DNA of 33,567 bases from an uncultured Clostridia bacterium (lineage in GTDB: Bacteria > Acidobacteriota > Aminicenantia > UBA2199): positions 1 through 33,567 of the forward strand of contig CAYVBC010000003.1 of the NCBI GenBank assembly GCA_964449545.1, in the 5' to 3' direction. The position numbers were made by a program, and so were the translations under genes. Below the pieces are notes generated by a model. The model was not told the origin of the DNA. It ran no database searches and saw only the letters and a program-made list of their open reading frames with translations. Of this stretch, positions 33,003-33,567 are shown in pieces; position 1 is the stretch's first letter, and each line of letters begins with the position of its first letter.

Positions 33003-33567
33003 ATGAATAAATCAATTTTTTGCGCCATTTTATTGCTTGCCACATGGTTCCATTCCCCTCTTTTTCCAGAAAATAAAGTGGATCCGGACCTTCTGACCAT
33101 CGCGGAATCCTCGGGTTTTACACGGACCAGTCTGTACAGGGATGTCATCTCCCTGGTTCATCGCTTTCAAATCCGGTCTGAACGGGTTCGTCTGATCCGC
33201 ATCGCCACTTCCACGGAGGGACGCCCGATCCCAATGGTTGTGGTCAGCCGGGAGGGCGTTTCCACTCCGGCCGAAATGCGCATGACCGGAAAATCCGCCG
33301 TACTGATCAACGCGAACATCCATGCCGGGGAAGTGGAGGGTAAGGAAGCCTCACTGATGCTGATCCGTGACCTGATACTGGACCCGTTGCCGGACGTGCT
33401 GGATCACCAGATTCTGTTGGTGATTCCCATATTCAACCCCGATGGCAATGAGAAACTGGGCAAAAACCGCGGAGACAAGGGCCCGGAACTGTCCGGAATC
33501 CGTGCGAACGGCCAGAACCTCGACCTCAACCGTGATTTTCTGAAGCTGGAATCTCCGGAGGTTCGCG
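33003..33567 (+). CDS. M14-family zinc carboxypeptidase, N-terminal part (runs off window)
   Basis: Absent from the ORF track because no stop falls in the window. SD GGAGAA is followed by ATG 33003. Signal-like MNKSIFCAILLLATWF, HxxE zinc motif NANIHAGEVEG, NPDGNE and DLNRDF. Confidence 0.8.
   Translation, partial: MNKSIFCAILLLATWFHSPLFPENKVDPDLLTIAESSGFTRTSLYRDVISLVHRFQIRSERVRLIRIATSTEGRPIPMVVVSREGVSTPAEMRMTGKSAVLINANIHAGEVEGKEASLMLIRDLILDPLPDVLDHQILLVIPIFNPDGNEKLGKNRGDKGPELSGIRANGQNLDLNRDFLKLESPEVR

Noticed and set aside
1-33567. A scan for CRISPR arrays, IS elements, integrases, phage genes, toxin-antitoxin pairs or defence-system hallmarks.
   Set aside because: No spaced direct-repeat arrays, terminal inverted repeats or recognisable mobile or defence protein motifs were seen. 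The gene content is housekeeping or metabolic throughout.

Overview
This 33.6-kb window looks like ordinary chromosomal DNA from an anaerobic, diderm (LPS-making) bacterium. It is densely coded in tightly packed operons. I found no transposase, integrase, CRISPR array, rRNA or long repeat. All product calls come from motif recognition by eye, since no searches could be run.

Gene order, left to right:
- Thiamine pyrophosphokinase (partial, minus strand, absent from the ORF track), bipA/typA, and two GT4 glycosyltransferases.
- A plus-strand redox/iron cluster: two-domain CxxC protein disulfide oxidoreductase, a 54-aa rubredoxin missing from the ORF track, and ferritin. A Fur-family-like 7-1-7 box sits behind it.
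- A tRNA with anticodon CAU directly upstream of tilS.
- A long minus-strand block: coaX, hypothetical, tlyA, nadK, secreted TPR protein, DUF4416, pyrR, pyrB, pyrC.
- A small ORF, a signal-less apbE, and a dGTPase.
- A compact sulfur-carrier operon: SQR-like flavoprotein, DUF1641, single-Cys TusE/DsrC-like protein and DsrE-like protein, followed by an HspR/MerR-type regulator with an 8-Cys tail.
- An LPS-core set: Trm112/YcaR-like protein, GT9 heptosyltransferase, O-antigen-ligase-like protein and heptose-7-P kinase.
- An eight-gene operon, lptB-rpoN-hpf-ptsN-hprK-EIIA(Man)-HPr-EI, which is a permease-less regulatory PTS.
- A 5' fragment of an M14 carboxypeptidase.

The most novel-looking element is the sulfur-trafficking operon with its Cys-rich MerR regulator. 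Secondary items are several near-consensus promoters with embedded palindromes, apparent leaderless or uORF-coupled starts, and the tRNA(CAU)-tilS unit.
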